A stretch of 64,000 nt of DNA from Hemiscyllium ocellatum (Eukaryota), in the NCBI RefSeq assembly GCF_020745735.1, contig NC_083404.1, positions 34,161,731 to 34,225,730 of the forward strand, in the 5' to 3' direction. The translations under genes and the position numbers were made by a program. Of this stretch, positions 50,626 through 63,500 are shown one piece after another (position 1 is the stretch's first letter; each line of letters starts with the position of its first letter). A model generated the notes under the pieces. That model searched no databases, had not been told where the DNA came from, and saw only the letters and a program-made list of their open reading frames with translations.

Positions 50626-52319
50626 CAGTCCTAGTAGCTGACCAGGTCTAGGACTACTTCGTTCCCATTTCCTGCACTTGTGCCCTCATCCCTTTCTCAG
50701 ACACTCTCCCTCTCTCTATACCTCCCAAACATCCCCCACATCCCACCAGATGTTGTGAACATGAGTTTCCAACACTGCCTTATTTCTGATTAAAAGCACC
50801 TACAGAATTTTGGTATTGTTTGAGTGTTTATTGATACATTGATTTTGATTATATTTTATTTTCCTCAAATCTGTCCCACCACCTTAAATTACCTTATGCC
50901 CCAGGTTTCTTTGTTCCTGAATCTCTTTTAGATTTGTCGTTGGTGAAGCATGTAATAGAGACAGTTCCTTCCTCAAAGATCAGCTGCAGTCCATTATTCA
51001 ACTGGTTGGATAACTGCATCTTGTACTCACCCAGTGCGCACCATCTGTGGCTCCACTTGGTGCTTGTGCACAACTGGGGCACACGTCAGTAACTATGTTA
51101 GTTTTCAGTTCAAACCAGACAAGGATTACCAGTGAGCCAAGTGTCCAAGGGGGAAGATACAAAGCCCATCTTCACCCACCATTTTCCAATACATCTAATA
51201 AAGGAAATGGTATGCCCTTGTCAACAAAAGCATTCCAGACAGTTATATGAACAGTAGGCTCATGGGTATAAGCAAAGCGCTGTGGGTGATCAAACCTCTT
51301 AGTGGTCTCAATTTGTCAAGCCATCAGTCTCAAGATGTGCAAGAAAGAGTGGGACTAGTCAACCACAATTTCTTTTTCATTCTAAATCAACACTCAAAAC
51401 AGGCTATTCTTGTGTGCACAGGATATGAATTCCTTAAAAGCATCCCTTTATCCTGAAAAGGAATATTTTAGTTTTCAACTGTATGTTTGTTTCTCTTCGT
51501 CCTACACAAGTGCAAAGTCTGCTTGGCTCTTTTGAACGCACAAGCCACACTCAAAAGGAAACCAGACAATACAAATTGATATTTCTGGCTTAAGCAAAAC
51601 TCACCACCGCTGCTAGCTGGTCCTCTTCAGCTCTACGTTGTTATACACACTCCTGGATGACCAAACAAAAGAACACTGGGCAAAATGCAATGGGCAGGGT
51701 TCAGCTTTTAAACCAACTCTGACATCTCAAAATGTTTGCCTATGAGCTGAGGGTCCTAACCAATCGCCTCATTACTCTATACCTGTTCTTTCAGAACAAC
51801 TGTGACCATCAGTACATACGCCCAATGATCAATTCTGAAGTTATCAAGGAAAACTAAAATATGAAACTTAATAAAACTGTTAGAAATACAGGACAAGAGG
51901 GCTTAAAACGCAACGGTAGGAGCTGACTATAACACTTGCAGAAGGCAGGTCTAGGGAAATGCAACAGTGGCACCCAGGTGAGTCCCACTGGAATATTTTC
52001 ATCACCGCATGATTAATGGATAGAAGGCAACGTACCAAAATACTTGGATGCATTCTATACCTAAACACTGGAAGCAGATGGATTCTCCTACTACTCAAAA
52101 GAACACAGTTTTTAGGATCACCAGAGTTTTGAGCGCAGTGGAGTATTCTGAAATACTTTGCTCCCAAGTGAAATTTACCATCTCATTGAAGAGACCAAGA
52201 TGCACAAGAAACCCCAACAAAAGCAGGTATGCGTTAACTGTCATTTGCAAAAGTGTTGCAAATAACTCCGGCTCAGACTTGAGAAACAGTCGAACTCTAA
52301 AGAAAACCCAAGTGATAGT

Positions 52320-52420
52320 ACTGAAGAAGGATCACCGAATCCAAAACATGAACTCTGCTTTTACTCCACAGATGCAACTAGACATGCAGAGTTCCTCCAA
52401 CAATTTCTGTTTTTGTTTCA
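52320..52420 (+). mobile_element. Degenerate PLE mini-element arm
   Basis: ctgaagaaggatcaccgaatccaaaacatgaactctgcttttactccacagatgc...caatttctgtttttgtttca. Confidence 0.5.
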
Positions 52421-53265
52421 AATTAAACAGTCCAGGCAGTTGCCAGGAAACAGAGTAAACACACTAACGAACATACAAATGAAAACAAGATAGTTTTTGT
52501 TGAACCAATCAAAAGAAAGAAACTGTGACGAGAAAAACACAGCACAGCGGGGGAAACAATGATACATCAACTGCTAAGAAATCATTCCAAGGAATATGCA
52601 CGGGATCAAACAAGTCTGAAAGATTCAAATCCATGCTGATCAGTATGATCTAAGCAATTTCTATGAAGTCCTCAAAACTGCACACTCATCCACATCGTTA
52701 TTCAACTGTTCTCAATGCTGACAGGAATCTCTCATGCCAGCAGGACATCTATTAAGCAGTGCTGCTTGAGCACTTCAGGGTATACTTAACCATCCATCCA
52801 CTGTAAACAGGTGAAAAGATAAGCTTCTAGACTGGTGCTAATTTGAAAACCCTGACAGAAAACCTTGTTTTGTGCATGTTGACAAAGCCATTAAACATAT
52901 GTTCTCAAGCAAAGTTCAAGTGGGATCCCAGGAGCAATTTACACATTTTAAGGACCAGAGCTAGCTGTGAAACTCCCGATCATAACACAGAACATGGTGG
53001 GATCAATAAATCATTCGTGAAGAATTGAAGCATGCCACAATTGTTCACATGTACAAAGGAAAAGGACAAAGAACTGTACGATGACCTCAAGAAGAATCTT
53101 TGAGCTTAGAGTCTAGCAAAAGTCCTACTGAGATTAGGGTGAACTACACAGCATGTACTGCAAAAAATTCAAGTTGGTTCAGAAAAGCTGAAACAAATTA
53201 CAACATGATCAAAGTTAAAAATCACACAACACCAGGTTATAGTCCAACAGGTTTAATTGGAAGCA

Positions 53266-53300
53266 CACTAGCTTTCGGAGCGACACTCCTTCATCAGGTG
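53266..53300 (-). ncRNA. Minimal hammerhead-ribozyme motif, sense to the LRRFIP2 pre-mRNA
   Basis: cac CUGAUGA A GGAGU GUC GCUCC GAAA GC UA gug. Intact core, stem I cac/gug, palindromic AGCU. Confidence 0.72.
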
Positions 53301-53309
53301 ATTGTCAAT

Positions 53310-53344
53310 CACCTGATGAAGGAGCGTCGCTCTGAAAGCTAGTG
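53310..53344 (+). ncRNA. Minimal hammerhead-ribozyme motif (mirror copy)
   Basis: cac CUGAUGA A GGAGC GUC GCUCU GAAA GC UA gug. Confidence 0.7.
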
Positions 53345-53789
53345 TGCTTCCAATTAAACCTGTTGGACTATAACCTGGTGTTGTGTGATTTTTAACTTTG
53401 TACACCCCAGTCCAACACTGGCATCTCCAAATCATTACAACATGATCTTCAGCAATTACAAGAGAAATGTTACAAACAACAGATCCAAGTCTTTGTTCAG
53501 CTGAAGCCTCTGATAACGTAAACACAGAACACTTGTGGAAAGTCACTGACATACCTGCGTGTGCTGATACAGCGGATTCAAGATTCAAAATTACAGCCAG
53601 AATGCTAACTGCCGTCAACACATTGACCTCTTTCAAGTAAGAAGAGAACAATGTGAAGCATGGATATGTCATGGCCCGTGTTCATCAATACATTCTTGGC
53701 TGAGATGCTTTGAGACATTTGTAAAATTTGGAACAGATTGAATTGTCTTGGTTTGATGAGATTTCCAACTCTCCCAAGTGTTCATCATT

Positions 53790-54555
53790 GATTTGAAGGA
53801 CGTAGGTCTCGCTGGCTGGCCAGCTTTTACTGTCCTTCTCTAGATGCCCTTGAGAAGGTGGTGCTGAACTGCCTTCTTGAATTACCACACTCCACCTGCT
53901 GAGAGTTGACCCACACTGCAGTCCAGAATTTTGATGCATCAACAGTGAAGGAATGGGATGTACATTTAAGTCAGGATGGTAAGTAATTTGAAGGAGAACT
54001 TGCAAGTATTCTTGTTCTCATGTATCAGCTGCCATTATTCTTCCAAATGGAAGGGGTCATGGATTTGGAAGGTGTTGTCTGAGGACCTCTGGTGAAATTC
54101 TGCAGTGCACCTTGCACTGCGCTATTGTTACTGAGCTCCAGTGTACGTTTATTTTTGTGATGCAAAGCAAGCATGCTGCTTGTCCTAGATGGTGTCAAGC
54201 TTTATGTTGTTGGAGCTGCATCCAACCAGGTGAGTGGAAAATATTGGATCACACTCCTGATTTGTGCCTTGCCGAAGATGAACAGGCTTTTAGGAGTCAG
54301 GAGGGGAATTACTCACTGTAGTCTTTTTAGCTACTGGCATGTTTTTGCAACCACTCTGTTCATGTGTTGGATCCAGGACAGTAGCAAATTGAGTGATGGA
54401 AACACCATCAAGGGGTGGTAGTTAGACTGTTTCTCACTGGTGATAGTCAAAGTCTGGCATTTTTAATGGGGCAAATGTTACTTGCCACTTGTCAGCCGAA
54501 GTCTGGACATTGTCCAGATCTTGTTGCATTTGAAATAGATTGCTTCAGTTTCAGA
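53790..54555 (-). mobile_element. Old shark LINE 3' remnant (clade uncertain)
   Basis: cttgagaaggtggtgctgaactgccttcttgaa... and tgccacttgtcagccgaagtctggacattgtccagatcttg, recognised as a common shark repeat. A plus-strand piece of the same type lies at about 58900-59015. Confidence 0.55.
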
Positions 54556-54926
54556 GATGATGGAACAGAAATTGCTGTCATTTGACAATGCATGTGAATT
54601 AGGAGCTGGGAACACATTCTTCAGTCCTTGAACTAGCTCCAGTTAATAAGATCACAAAGACACAATCACAAGTCATGGCCTACTTCAGCACTGTAGGGAA
54701 TCTATGGTTCTATGGTCAAAGTGTTACAGTGTATAACGAGGCTATAAAGGCATTGCGCCTACAATAATTCATTCATTGAGCATCATTACCTAACCCACAT
54801 CCCCCTCTTTCTCCCCATGCCCTTGCATACACAATGTAGAGAATGCCAAATACATCAGAATGTTGATTATCTTCTTGTATAGCTGAAGCATTATACAGTG
54901 ATTCACAATTATATTCAGGATATTGA

Positions 54927-55058
54927 TGATTTGGAGATGCCGGTGTTGGACGGGGGTATACAAAATTAAAAATCACACACCACCAGGTTATAGTCCAACA
55001 GGTTAATTGGAAGCACATTGGCTTTCGGAGCATCGCTTCTTCATCAGGTGGTAGTGGA
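54927..55058 (-). mobile_element. Single-arm copy of the 53211-type PLE mini-element
   Basis: Reverse complement of the 53306-53433 arm plus tail. Hammerhead-like CUGAUGA A GAAGC GAU GCUCC GAAA GC CA, with the U of UH mutated. Confidence 0.85.
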
Positions 55059-55691
55059 GGTTACACCTTGAAAAAAGTGCATTTGAGCTCCTCAGAACAA
55101 GAAATGCTTCCGCATGGAAAAAACTGCCTGCAGAATGATTTCATGTGGGGTGGCTTTTGTGCCACAGCTGCCACAATGTTCTGGCTGACCAAAAAAAGAC
55201 ACTCACTCTTATTGCCTTACTGTGTGTTTAAATGTTGACACTGTTCATAGCCAATTTGCACACATCAAAATATCACAAAAAATAAAATGGCTGGCCGGCC
55301 AAATAATTTGTTTTACCATGAATGATTTAAAAATGCATATGAACCAGGAATAATAGAACAAACCTTTGGAGACCACCTTAGATGACAGATATACACTCAG
55401 TTTAACACTTTACTAGAAGGGAGCACCTCAGGTCAGGGGAATATTCTTTTTAGTGAATGGTGAAATTATGTACTTAGGTATCTGGAATGAGCTTAAGCCC
55501 ACAATATTATAACTTGGAAGCAAAGTGTGCAATTCATGCCTCATGCTAACAAACCTCTATTCACTCAAGTATCTAAATTTTCTCTACACCATTCCCATTT
55601 GTATTCGTAATTCCCTTCCATATGTCCATCTCCAAAGATGAAGTGCAAAACCTTTGCTGGAGAGGGCAATGATTTTTCAACCAATCGATCA

Positions 55692-55817
55692 TTGGAGATG
55701 CCAGTGTTGGGCGAGGGTGGAGAAAGTTAAAAAACACACAACACCAGGTTATAGTTCAACAGGTTTATTTGGATGTACAAACATTTGAAGCACTGCTCCT
55801 TGCTACCTGATGAAGGA
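55692..55817 (-). mobile_element. Older copy of the 53211-type PLE mini-element
   Basis: ttggagatgccagtgttgg...aagttaaaaaacacacaacaccaggttatagttcaacagg, followed by a short inverted cctgatgaagga. Confidence 0.75.
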
Positions 55818-57699
55818 AATTAGTCATCAAATTGGCCAATTGATCAAATTGGTCTTACTTCTAAGATATTTTTGAATACCAGATCATTCACTAAAAAACT
55901 GTATTTCTGAAGTCAATTCTCAAGCAGACTTACTAACAATGATGGTTTGAAGCAGTTACTAGTTTCTAGCAGATACAATAACTAGATTGGAGAGAACACA
56001 GCATACAATAAAAATACATGCTTGCTTTACAATAATGACCAGCACAGTTTTGAAAATGTTCTCTCTGCTCTACAGTGCCTGATCCAAGTACAATCCTCAG
56101 TCCCCAGCTGACAATCTGACCTTAAAGATGATGCCTCCAACAATGCAGCACTCCCTTAGTATTGTACTAGAAAAATAGCTCTGATTTTGTTTTGTTCAAA
56201 CTCAATAAAATTTGAAACTAAAATCTTATGCCACTGAGGTAAGAGGATAACCAGTTCATTTCAGTTTTCTTTCATTACAGAAAAATGAGAAATAAATGGC
56301 CCATCATCTGGTGCCAGCACTCGGTTTCTCGTGTATCTGTCAACTGCCTCAGAGCTGAGGCAGGGCTAACTTTTATACACTAACTAGCCCAAGTGTAAGC
56401 TGCACCTGTCATCCCTCTGAAAGGGAAATCCTGTTGAGCATAAATTGAACTGAGCAGCTGATTATTCTGCTTTCATTTCTATTTATAGAGCTCCCAAGCA
56501 TGTTAAGTTGAACCTAGCTCAGCAACCTGCCTGACGCACGAGCTCCTCAGATAGCATAATTATCTTTCTACCAGAAGCATCATTTTAATTTAGCAAACTG
56601 GACTATTATTTTCCTTTCACCACAGAATTCCAGAATTTTGATGTACTTGACATGTGTAAACATGTTTAAGATTGCACTTCAAATGTATTGCTGCAGGAAA
56701 CAAAATCTCAGCTCTTCTTATAGTTTTTGCTGATGGAGCCTTACCGTCCAAAAAACATCGTGGTTCAAAACTTCTAACTGCAGAAACCACTGAAACAGAA
56801 AAAGTGATTCACTTATATGGACGAGAGATCAAAGCTTGGAGAAAAACCTGCATTAAAAGATAGCTGTCTAAATCCATAATTCTGATCCAACATTTTAGTT
56901 AAGCAAATTAGTTATTCTGGTGGAACACAGTACGTTTTCTCTAAAATGTAGTAAAAATGTGACAAAGATTAAACTTGGCTGAAGTGGAATGAATAATGGT
57001 CCATTTCAGCCACTAAGTTTTAATATGACTTTTTTTTATTCAGTCATATTCAATTATATCACATCTCAATGGGGTCATGCACTGAAAATCAAGTCCATCT
57101 TCCTGGAGGCATCATAAAAGTTAGCAATTTTATCCAAATACACCAAAGTTCCCCAATTTACTGATTTGTTCAGACACAGAAAAACAGGAAGTGATGACTA
57201 GGTTTCTGTACTTTATTTCTATTTATTTGCAATGAATACTTTCCATCTACAGATAAACAGTGTATAAAAGTGTGAACACAGAAAAGCATATAATGTCGCC
57301 ATATACAGCACAATCTTAGGTCAAATGTACCTTTGTACCGAGGTTTTTATTTTACACAAAGTAGAAAAAGAATTATAAGGTAAGCATTACCCTCATAGAT
57401 TAAGTAGAAAAATTAAAAAAAAAGATAATAGTTAACATCAAAATCCTTCTAAAATTCCTTTATGTTTCCAGTTTAAGTTTAAAAGTTCAGCAGTCTTAGC
57501 TGAGTCCTCTGTTTCGTTCGCTGTCCAGGAGACCACAGCTGCGTGCTCTTGATGCTGCCACAGGTATCGGGGACATCTCCCACTACTTGCTATTCCCATA
57601 TTGGGCCACAATGCCATCACTGCTGCTGCTAAGCTGCCCGAATGGGCGAGGTCAAGCTCCCACAAAACCAGGATTTCTAGTGTAGCGTTCAGTCGCAGT

Positions 57700-58110
57700 A
57701 GCTGGGGTCTTGAAGCTGGATGTGGAAGCTCTTATCTGCCTCTCTGTTACAACTAAAAGCTAGGGTTATCTTTCCGCTGTTAGAATTGCATGAGAGACAA
57801 GCTATTTTGCTGCATTTGCCTTTACCAGGGATATGTTTATAGGATGTTACTTTCTTGGAACAATTAATTAGTAGTAGTTTGTAAATATACTACTTAGTTA
57901 AGCATTTGATAGAGTTACAGTTAAGCTGATTCTTTTCTATTTTAATTTTGTTTTTTAACTGTAAACTAGAAATGTGTTTTGCTTAAAGTCAAGTAGCATG
58001 ACTAATCAAATTGCATATGGAGTGCAATGCTTTATACTTAGCTTTAACTAAGAAAAAGTTAGTGTCTAGGCTATCATAATATATTTTGAGGGAATTTCAT
58101 CTGGACTACA
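57700..58110 (+). mobile_element. Possible Gypsy-type LTR 3' part
   Basis: AT-rich U3/R/U5-like composition ending ttttgaggga...ctggactacaca. No TSD found. Confidence 0.35.
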
Positions 58111-58119
58111 CAACTGCTA

Positions 58120-58640
58120 CTCTATCTTCTACAGCCAAGCCAGTTCTGTATCCGTTTCACCAGCTCACCTGCCTACGACCAAAAATGCAATTTTTTTTCC
58201 CCCAGAAGAAAGGAATCCAGTCCTTCAGAAACTTCAACAATTTCCTGACTAGTATGCAGGCTCACTTGCTGGTAATTTCCCAGATTATCCCTATTGCCCT
58301 TCATAAACAAAGGAACAACATTGGCTATTCTCCAGTCCTCTATGACTAGAGAATAGCCAAAGAGGCTACAAAGATTTTGTAAAAGGTCCCAACAATTTTC
58401 TCACTTGCCTCCTTCAGTGTTCTGGGATAAATCCCATCATGTCCTGGTCTACCTAATGCTTTTCAAAACATCCACCTCGTTTTTTTATACTGACATGCCC
58501 ACGATCAACATAACTCCCCCACCTCCACACGAACCATCCACCATGTCCTTCTCTTTCGTAAATAATGAAACAAAATATTCCTTAAGGACCTTAACTACTG
58601 CCTCCAGCTCCATGCCTAAGTTCCTTCCTGCGTCGTGGAG
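58120..58640 (-). mobile_element. Old CR1 ORF2 remnant
   Basis: LKEYFVSLFTKEKD in ORF 58485..58751. Confidence 0.65.
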
Positions 58641-59074
58641 TAGACCTACAATTTGGTCATACTTAGCATCCGAGACTCCGCTATTATCTATACAAAAACA
58701 AAAAGACTCTACATTTCTGCCACAGTTATTATAAACTGCACAGAATCTCAATACCTATTGCGAAATGTTTAGAAACATGCCAGGTGTATTGCATTGAAAC
58801 AATGTGGATGAAAACTATTAGACATAGTGCTGAAAATTTGGAAGTCCTCAATTGGTTGATTAAGCTCAGCTCAAGCAACACAAAACATTGGACATCAACC
58901 AGGATAAAGCAAACTGCTTGATTGGTAACACATCCACAAACATTCAGTCTTTCTATCACTGACACTCAGTAGTAGCAGTGTGTACCATCTACAAGATGAA
59001 GTGTACAAATTCACAAACGCGTCTTTCAACGGCATTGCAATTTTCCCTCCAAGCCACTAACCATCTTGACGTGG

Positions 59075-60560
59075 GACATGTAATGTACCTTAATGACTAC
59101 CATCCAGTGGCTCTGTTCTCAACAATCAAGAAGAGATTCAAGATACTTGTCATGGCCCACATCAACTCTAGTCTCCTAGCCTGCCTCAATCCCCTACCAT
59201 TTGCCTACTGACATAATAGGCCCACAGCAGACATCATATCCCTAGCACACCTGGACAACAAGGAAACCTAAATCAGACTCTTGCCCATTGAAGGTGGAAC
59301 CGGAGTCAACACCAATATAACCTCCAGACTGATCTCAAATTTGAGACCTTGATCTCAGCTTCTCCCTCTTCAACTGGATTCTCAGTTTTCTGACCCATTA
59401 AATGAAGATAAGTAATTGTACTTTCCCCACAATAACACTCAGCACTGGAGCCCTCCCAAGGGTGTCCCTCAGCCCCCTACTGTACACGTATGGCTTTGCT
59501 GCCACATTCTGAACGAGCGCTATCTACAAGTTCACTGATGACATCACCAATGAAGGAAGGATATCTAACAATGACAAAGTACAGAAGGGACATACAGGGC
59601 TTGGTGACATAGTGTAATGAGAATGATCGCTCTCACAGTTGGAAAAACTAAAGAATAGATCCTTGACTTCAGAAAGAAAAGAGGAGAACACACCGCAGCT
59701 ACATCAACGGAACTGTATTCAGAGGGTGAAGAGCATCAATTCTCTCGCAACAATAACTGACAACTTTACCTGGACTTCCCATATAAATGCGATCATCAAG
59801 GCAATACAACAGCACCCCTTCTTCCTCAGGTGGCTCAGAAAATTTGCAGTGTCCTGAAGGTTACTCACCAACTTTTACAGGTGCAACATCAAAAGCTACT
59901 GTCCGGGTGCATAACAGCCTGGTAGGGCAAATGCTCTGCTCAGGACCCAAAGAAATTAAAGCGTGTAGAGCTGAGGCCGACTCGGAAGCCAAACTTCCAT
60001 CCATCGACTCCATTTTCGTGGCTCGTTGCCGTAGAATGAGAACAGAGAAACTGTGTACTGGTAACAGCACTGGACTAGTAATACATAGTCCCAGGCTGAT
60101 GCTTTACGGGTGGTTTGGTGGCTCAGTGGCTAGCACTGTAAAGGTAGATTAATGGGGAATGGGTTCAGGTGGGATACGTTTGGAGGGTCGGCATGGACTT
60201 ATTGGGCCTAAGGGAGTGATTCCACACTGTAAGGATTGTATACAAAGGCTGTCAACATCAAAGACCCAGCACACCCTGGTAATGGTCTCCAGCAATCCTT
60301 TCCGTCAGGCAGAAGATATGGAAGCTTGATCATTTGCACCAACAGGTTCAGGAACAGCCTGTTCCTGGTCTTATATTAGACTGATGAATGTACTATTTCA
60401 ATAATATTCATCATGCTAATATTGATCTTGCCTCACGCACAGCCTGTGCAAAGTAACCTGCAAGCCTATGACCTGCACATGCTTGCTTACTCTGATCTAC
60501 CTGTAATGCTCATAAACAAACCTGTTCACTGTACTTTGGTACACATGACAATAAATCAGT
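59075..60560 (+). mobile_element. Rex1/Babar-like LINE RT and 3' fragment
   Basis: LNDYHPVALFSTIKKRFKILVMAHINSSLLACLNPLPFAY, gggtgtccctcagccccctactgtac, acaagttcactgatgac (KF.DD), QQHPFFLRWLRKF. Confidence 0.85.
60107..60240 (+). mobile_element. Internally deleted HE1-type SINE inside a Rex-like LINE
   Basis: Head ggtggctcagtggctagcactg is joined directly to the 3' part gagggtcggcatggacttattgggcc. Confidence 0.65.
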
Positions 60561-63500
60561 TATTGCCATTCCTACGAACAACAAATGATGGTCCAGCCAA
60601 TTCCTGAGTGAACAAAAACAGTTAGCAAACAACTGACTGTCTTATCAAATCAAGACTAAAACTAGTTCAAGTATTTCATAAAAACTGAAAGTTACAATTC
60701 TGAACTAAAATTTTTAAAAGCATTGGTGTTCAAATTTGATTTTTAAAAGAGAATTGTTCATATCCAAGCTTCATAATCTAACAGTGATGCAGATGACTAG
60801 AAACGGAAACAATGTAATGCCACTGCCTAACGTAATGCCATATGCATAGAGAACAAGCAGAAATAAGAACTTGCATTCATCAGTCCAATTCAAAAACCAG
60901 GTCTCCAAATGTAATATTCATATGCTCTGCAATTTGTTATCCAAGTCTTTGAATCAGAATTTTAAACTTTCTAAGAGTATTGCATGTAACACAAGATAGA
61001 ATGATACTGGTAAATAATATAGAAAGGCATTTTGATAGCAGAGGACAGGGCAAAGTAACAAATGTGTTAACACAAAGGTCTATTATATCAAATTCTTAAA
61101 ACTTTGCTTTCATGTTTTTCAAGCATTTAAAATGCGCAATTCAAATCAACAAATCTATCAAGTGAGCATCCTACTTCCTGAGGGATTCCATGTTTTTGCA
61201 CATTCAGACATTCACCTAAATATCTCAGTGGAAGTGGAAATATGGGTTCAAAAGACAAACATCCACTCTCTCTCTCTCCCCATTTAGAGTTTTCCAGCCA
61301 CGTCAATTTCCGACAAAATTCTCTCCCAATAAATCTCAACAATCACCAGCTTAACTTGAAAAGTGGAGTGGAGTGAAGTGAAGTGCGATAGAACTTGAAG
61401 TCATTTTCATAGCTTTCAATTGTCATAATTTTGTAGCAGTTTGCATCAAATGAAGAAAGCTGTGGGTTGCACACATATCATTACAAAATAAAAGTGACTT
61501 GCAACTGTCATTAAAAGCATGTTTTCAAAAAGCACCTTTGCACAGAAGGTACTTTAAAGAATAGGCGTCAGCCACTGACCAAGACTGAGTGAGCAAACCC
61601 AACTCATGTTTTTAGAAAGCATAGGTCAAGGGATTTTGGCAGACAACTGTGTGCCTCAGGACTCTTCAGCTGATAGAACAGCAAAGAAAAAAGGGAGAAT
61701 GCATCACAAGTCAGACTGAGAAAACAACACAGCATTTTGTTTTGTATACCTTGCATGAGTAGGATATAGCAGGGCCATGGCAAAACTTCCATATATAGAT
61801 GTTATATTTAGAAGTTTAAGTTAGGAAACCAGTGTATGAGAGCAAAGATGGGTGTAATTCATAGATGTGCCAGGATACATCTCATTCGTTTTTCATTATT
61901 TTACATACAAAATCAGCAAAGGAGAAAGGAACAAAGAATTCTACTAACATTGGAAGTCTACTACTGAACGTAACTCAGACATTATTTCAATACCCCAAGT
62001 AAATAGTATCAGTAACTCTGCATAACCAATGTCCAAAGTACAGCTGCAGGGTCACATGTAACTCAAAACTCCAAGCAACTGTGTACTAAGGGCTCTTATT
62101 GCATTTAATAAATTTTAGTCACTTGTTTGACCTGCCTGCAATCTGTGTAGAGAGGGCGTTTATCCATCCTATTGCCTCGGTGAATACGAAAGCAAATTTA
62201 GAAACACCAAGATTATACATATGCATGAGCAGAAATAGCAATTTTATCACAGTATTGTGCCAAGGTTTCACAGTTTCAATCTTTAAGACTCAAAATGCAG
62301 AATGGGCAACACGTGTTTACAGCATTAAGATTCCATGACTTGCTGCAGTACAAAAATGTAACAAACATAACCAAGACAAAACTGGAATTTTTCCCAACCC
62401 AATGTTGGGGAGAACTCATGTCAATAAAACTGCAATGTGCTCAAGCATCTGGTCACCTAAAATCTTGTTTTAGACTATTTCTATTGCTCTAGAATCAGAG
62501 AACCTAAGCCACCTTGTGTTTCTATTTCTTATTCCTTGATTTATCCCAGCATGAACAAAAATATTTGCAAAGCTGTGTTGTTAATGTAAACTGCTTTTGA
62601 GTCATTAACTTTTAAGATAGTACACCAAGATTGATCAAGCATCCGTAACTCAAAATTAAGGTGAACACTTATTTAATCTGGATATATGGCTCTATCAGGT
62701 TCCATGCACCTGTGACAAAGACACAAACAGAGATCTTTAAATCTCATTGTGATAACCTAAGTTCTATCAAAGAAATATGCATCCAATTTCTTAATTTCCT
62801 ATTTGAAGTATTTTTGTGCAGTCATAGCCACAGAAACAACAATCCACTGAGATGGAGGGGGAGAACTACTTTCCATGTAATCTATCCTCAAGCCACTCAG
62901 TTCAATTTAGAGAACCGAGTTCATCTACTTCATTGCAACCTTTTCAAATCTTATCCTCAAATCATTTTATCTTCAAAAAAGTCAAATTCTCCCAATTGAT
63001 TCTGGTTTTGTCATGTTGATTAAAACATTATTCACTTAAAATCATCTCTTATTGTACAGTGCTTAAAATTCAGTACGGCTAAGGCATTTTGCTGTTCAAG
63101 TTACCACTTGTAATAGATAATGAAACAGGTATGAAAATAATGCTGCATTTTTTAAAAAATCTCTTGTTAACAGTTATCAATTTAGTCAGTCAAGCATTTT
63201 GATTGTCAATTAGAGCAGCATTTCATCTGTGTACAGAAATTTTTGAAGAAAATCATTACCACCTACTGTTCCTTTTCTAGCTACTTAATTCATTTAAATG
63301 GCATCAAATGGTGTTGAAAACAGACATATCTGTTCACTTGCTTGATTTCTTAAGGAAATGTGCCAGAGCTGCTGACAGTCCATTCACATTGCTCACCAGA
63401 ACATTGAATCAACTTGGGTTCCCTGTGAACCACAACTTGTCACAAATCCAAGAGTGTTTTACCAAACATACCCAATATGACTATGATATGCAGAAGAGAT

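Larger units (their letters stand above)
53211..53433. mobile_element. Non-autonomous PLE-derived palindrome (95-bp arms, 1-nt loop, 2 mismatches) plus 33-nt tail
   Basis: 53210-53304 pairs with 53306-53400. TSD attacaacatgatc at 53197-53210 and 53434-53447. Confidence 0.92.
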
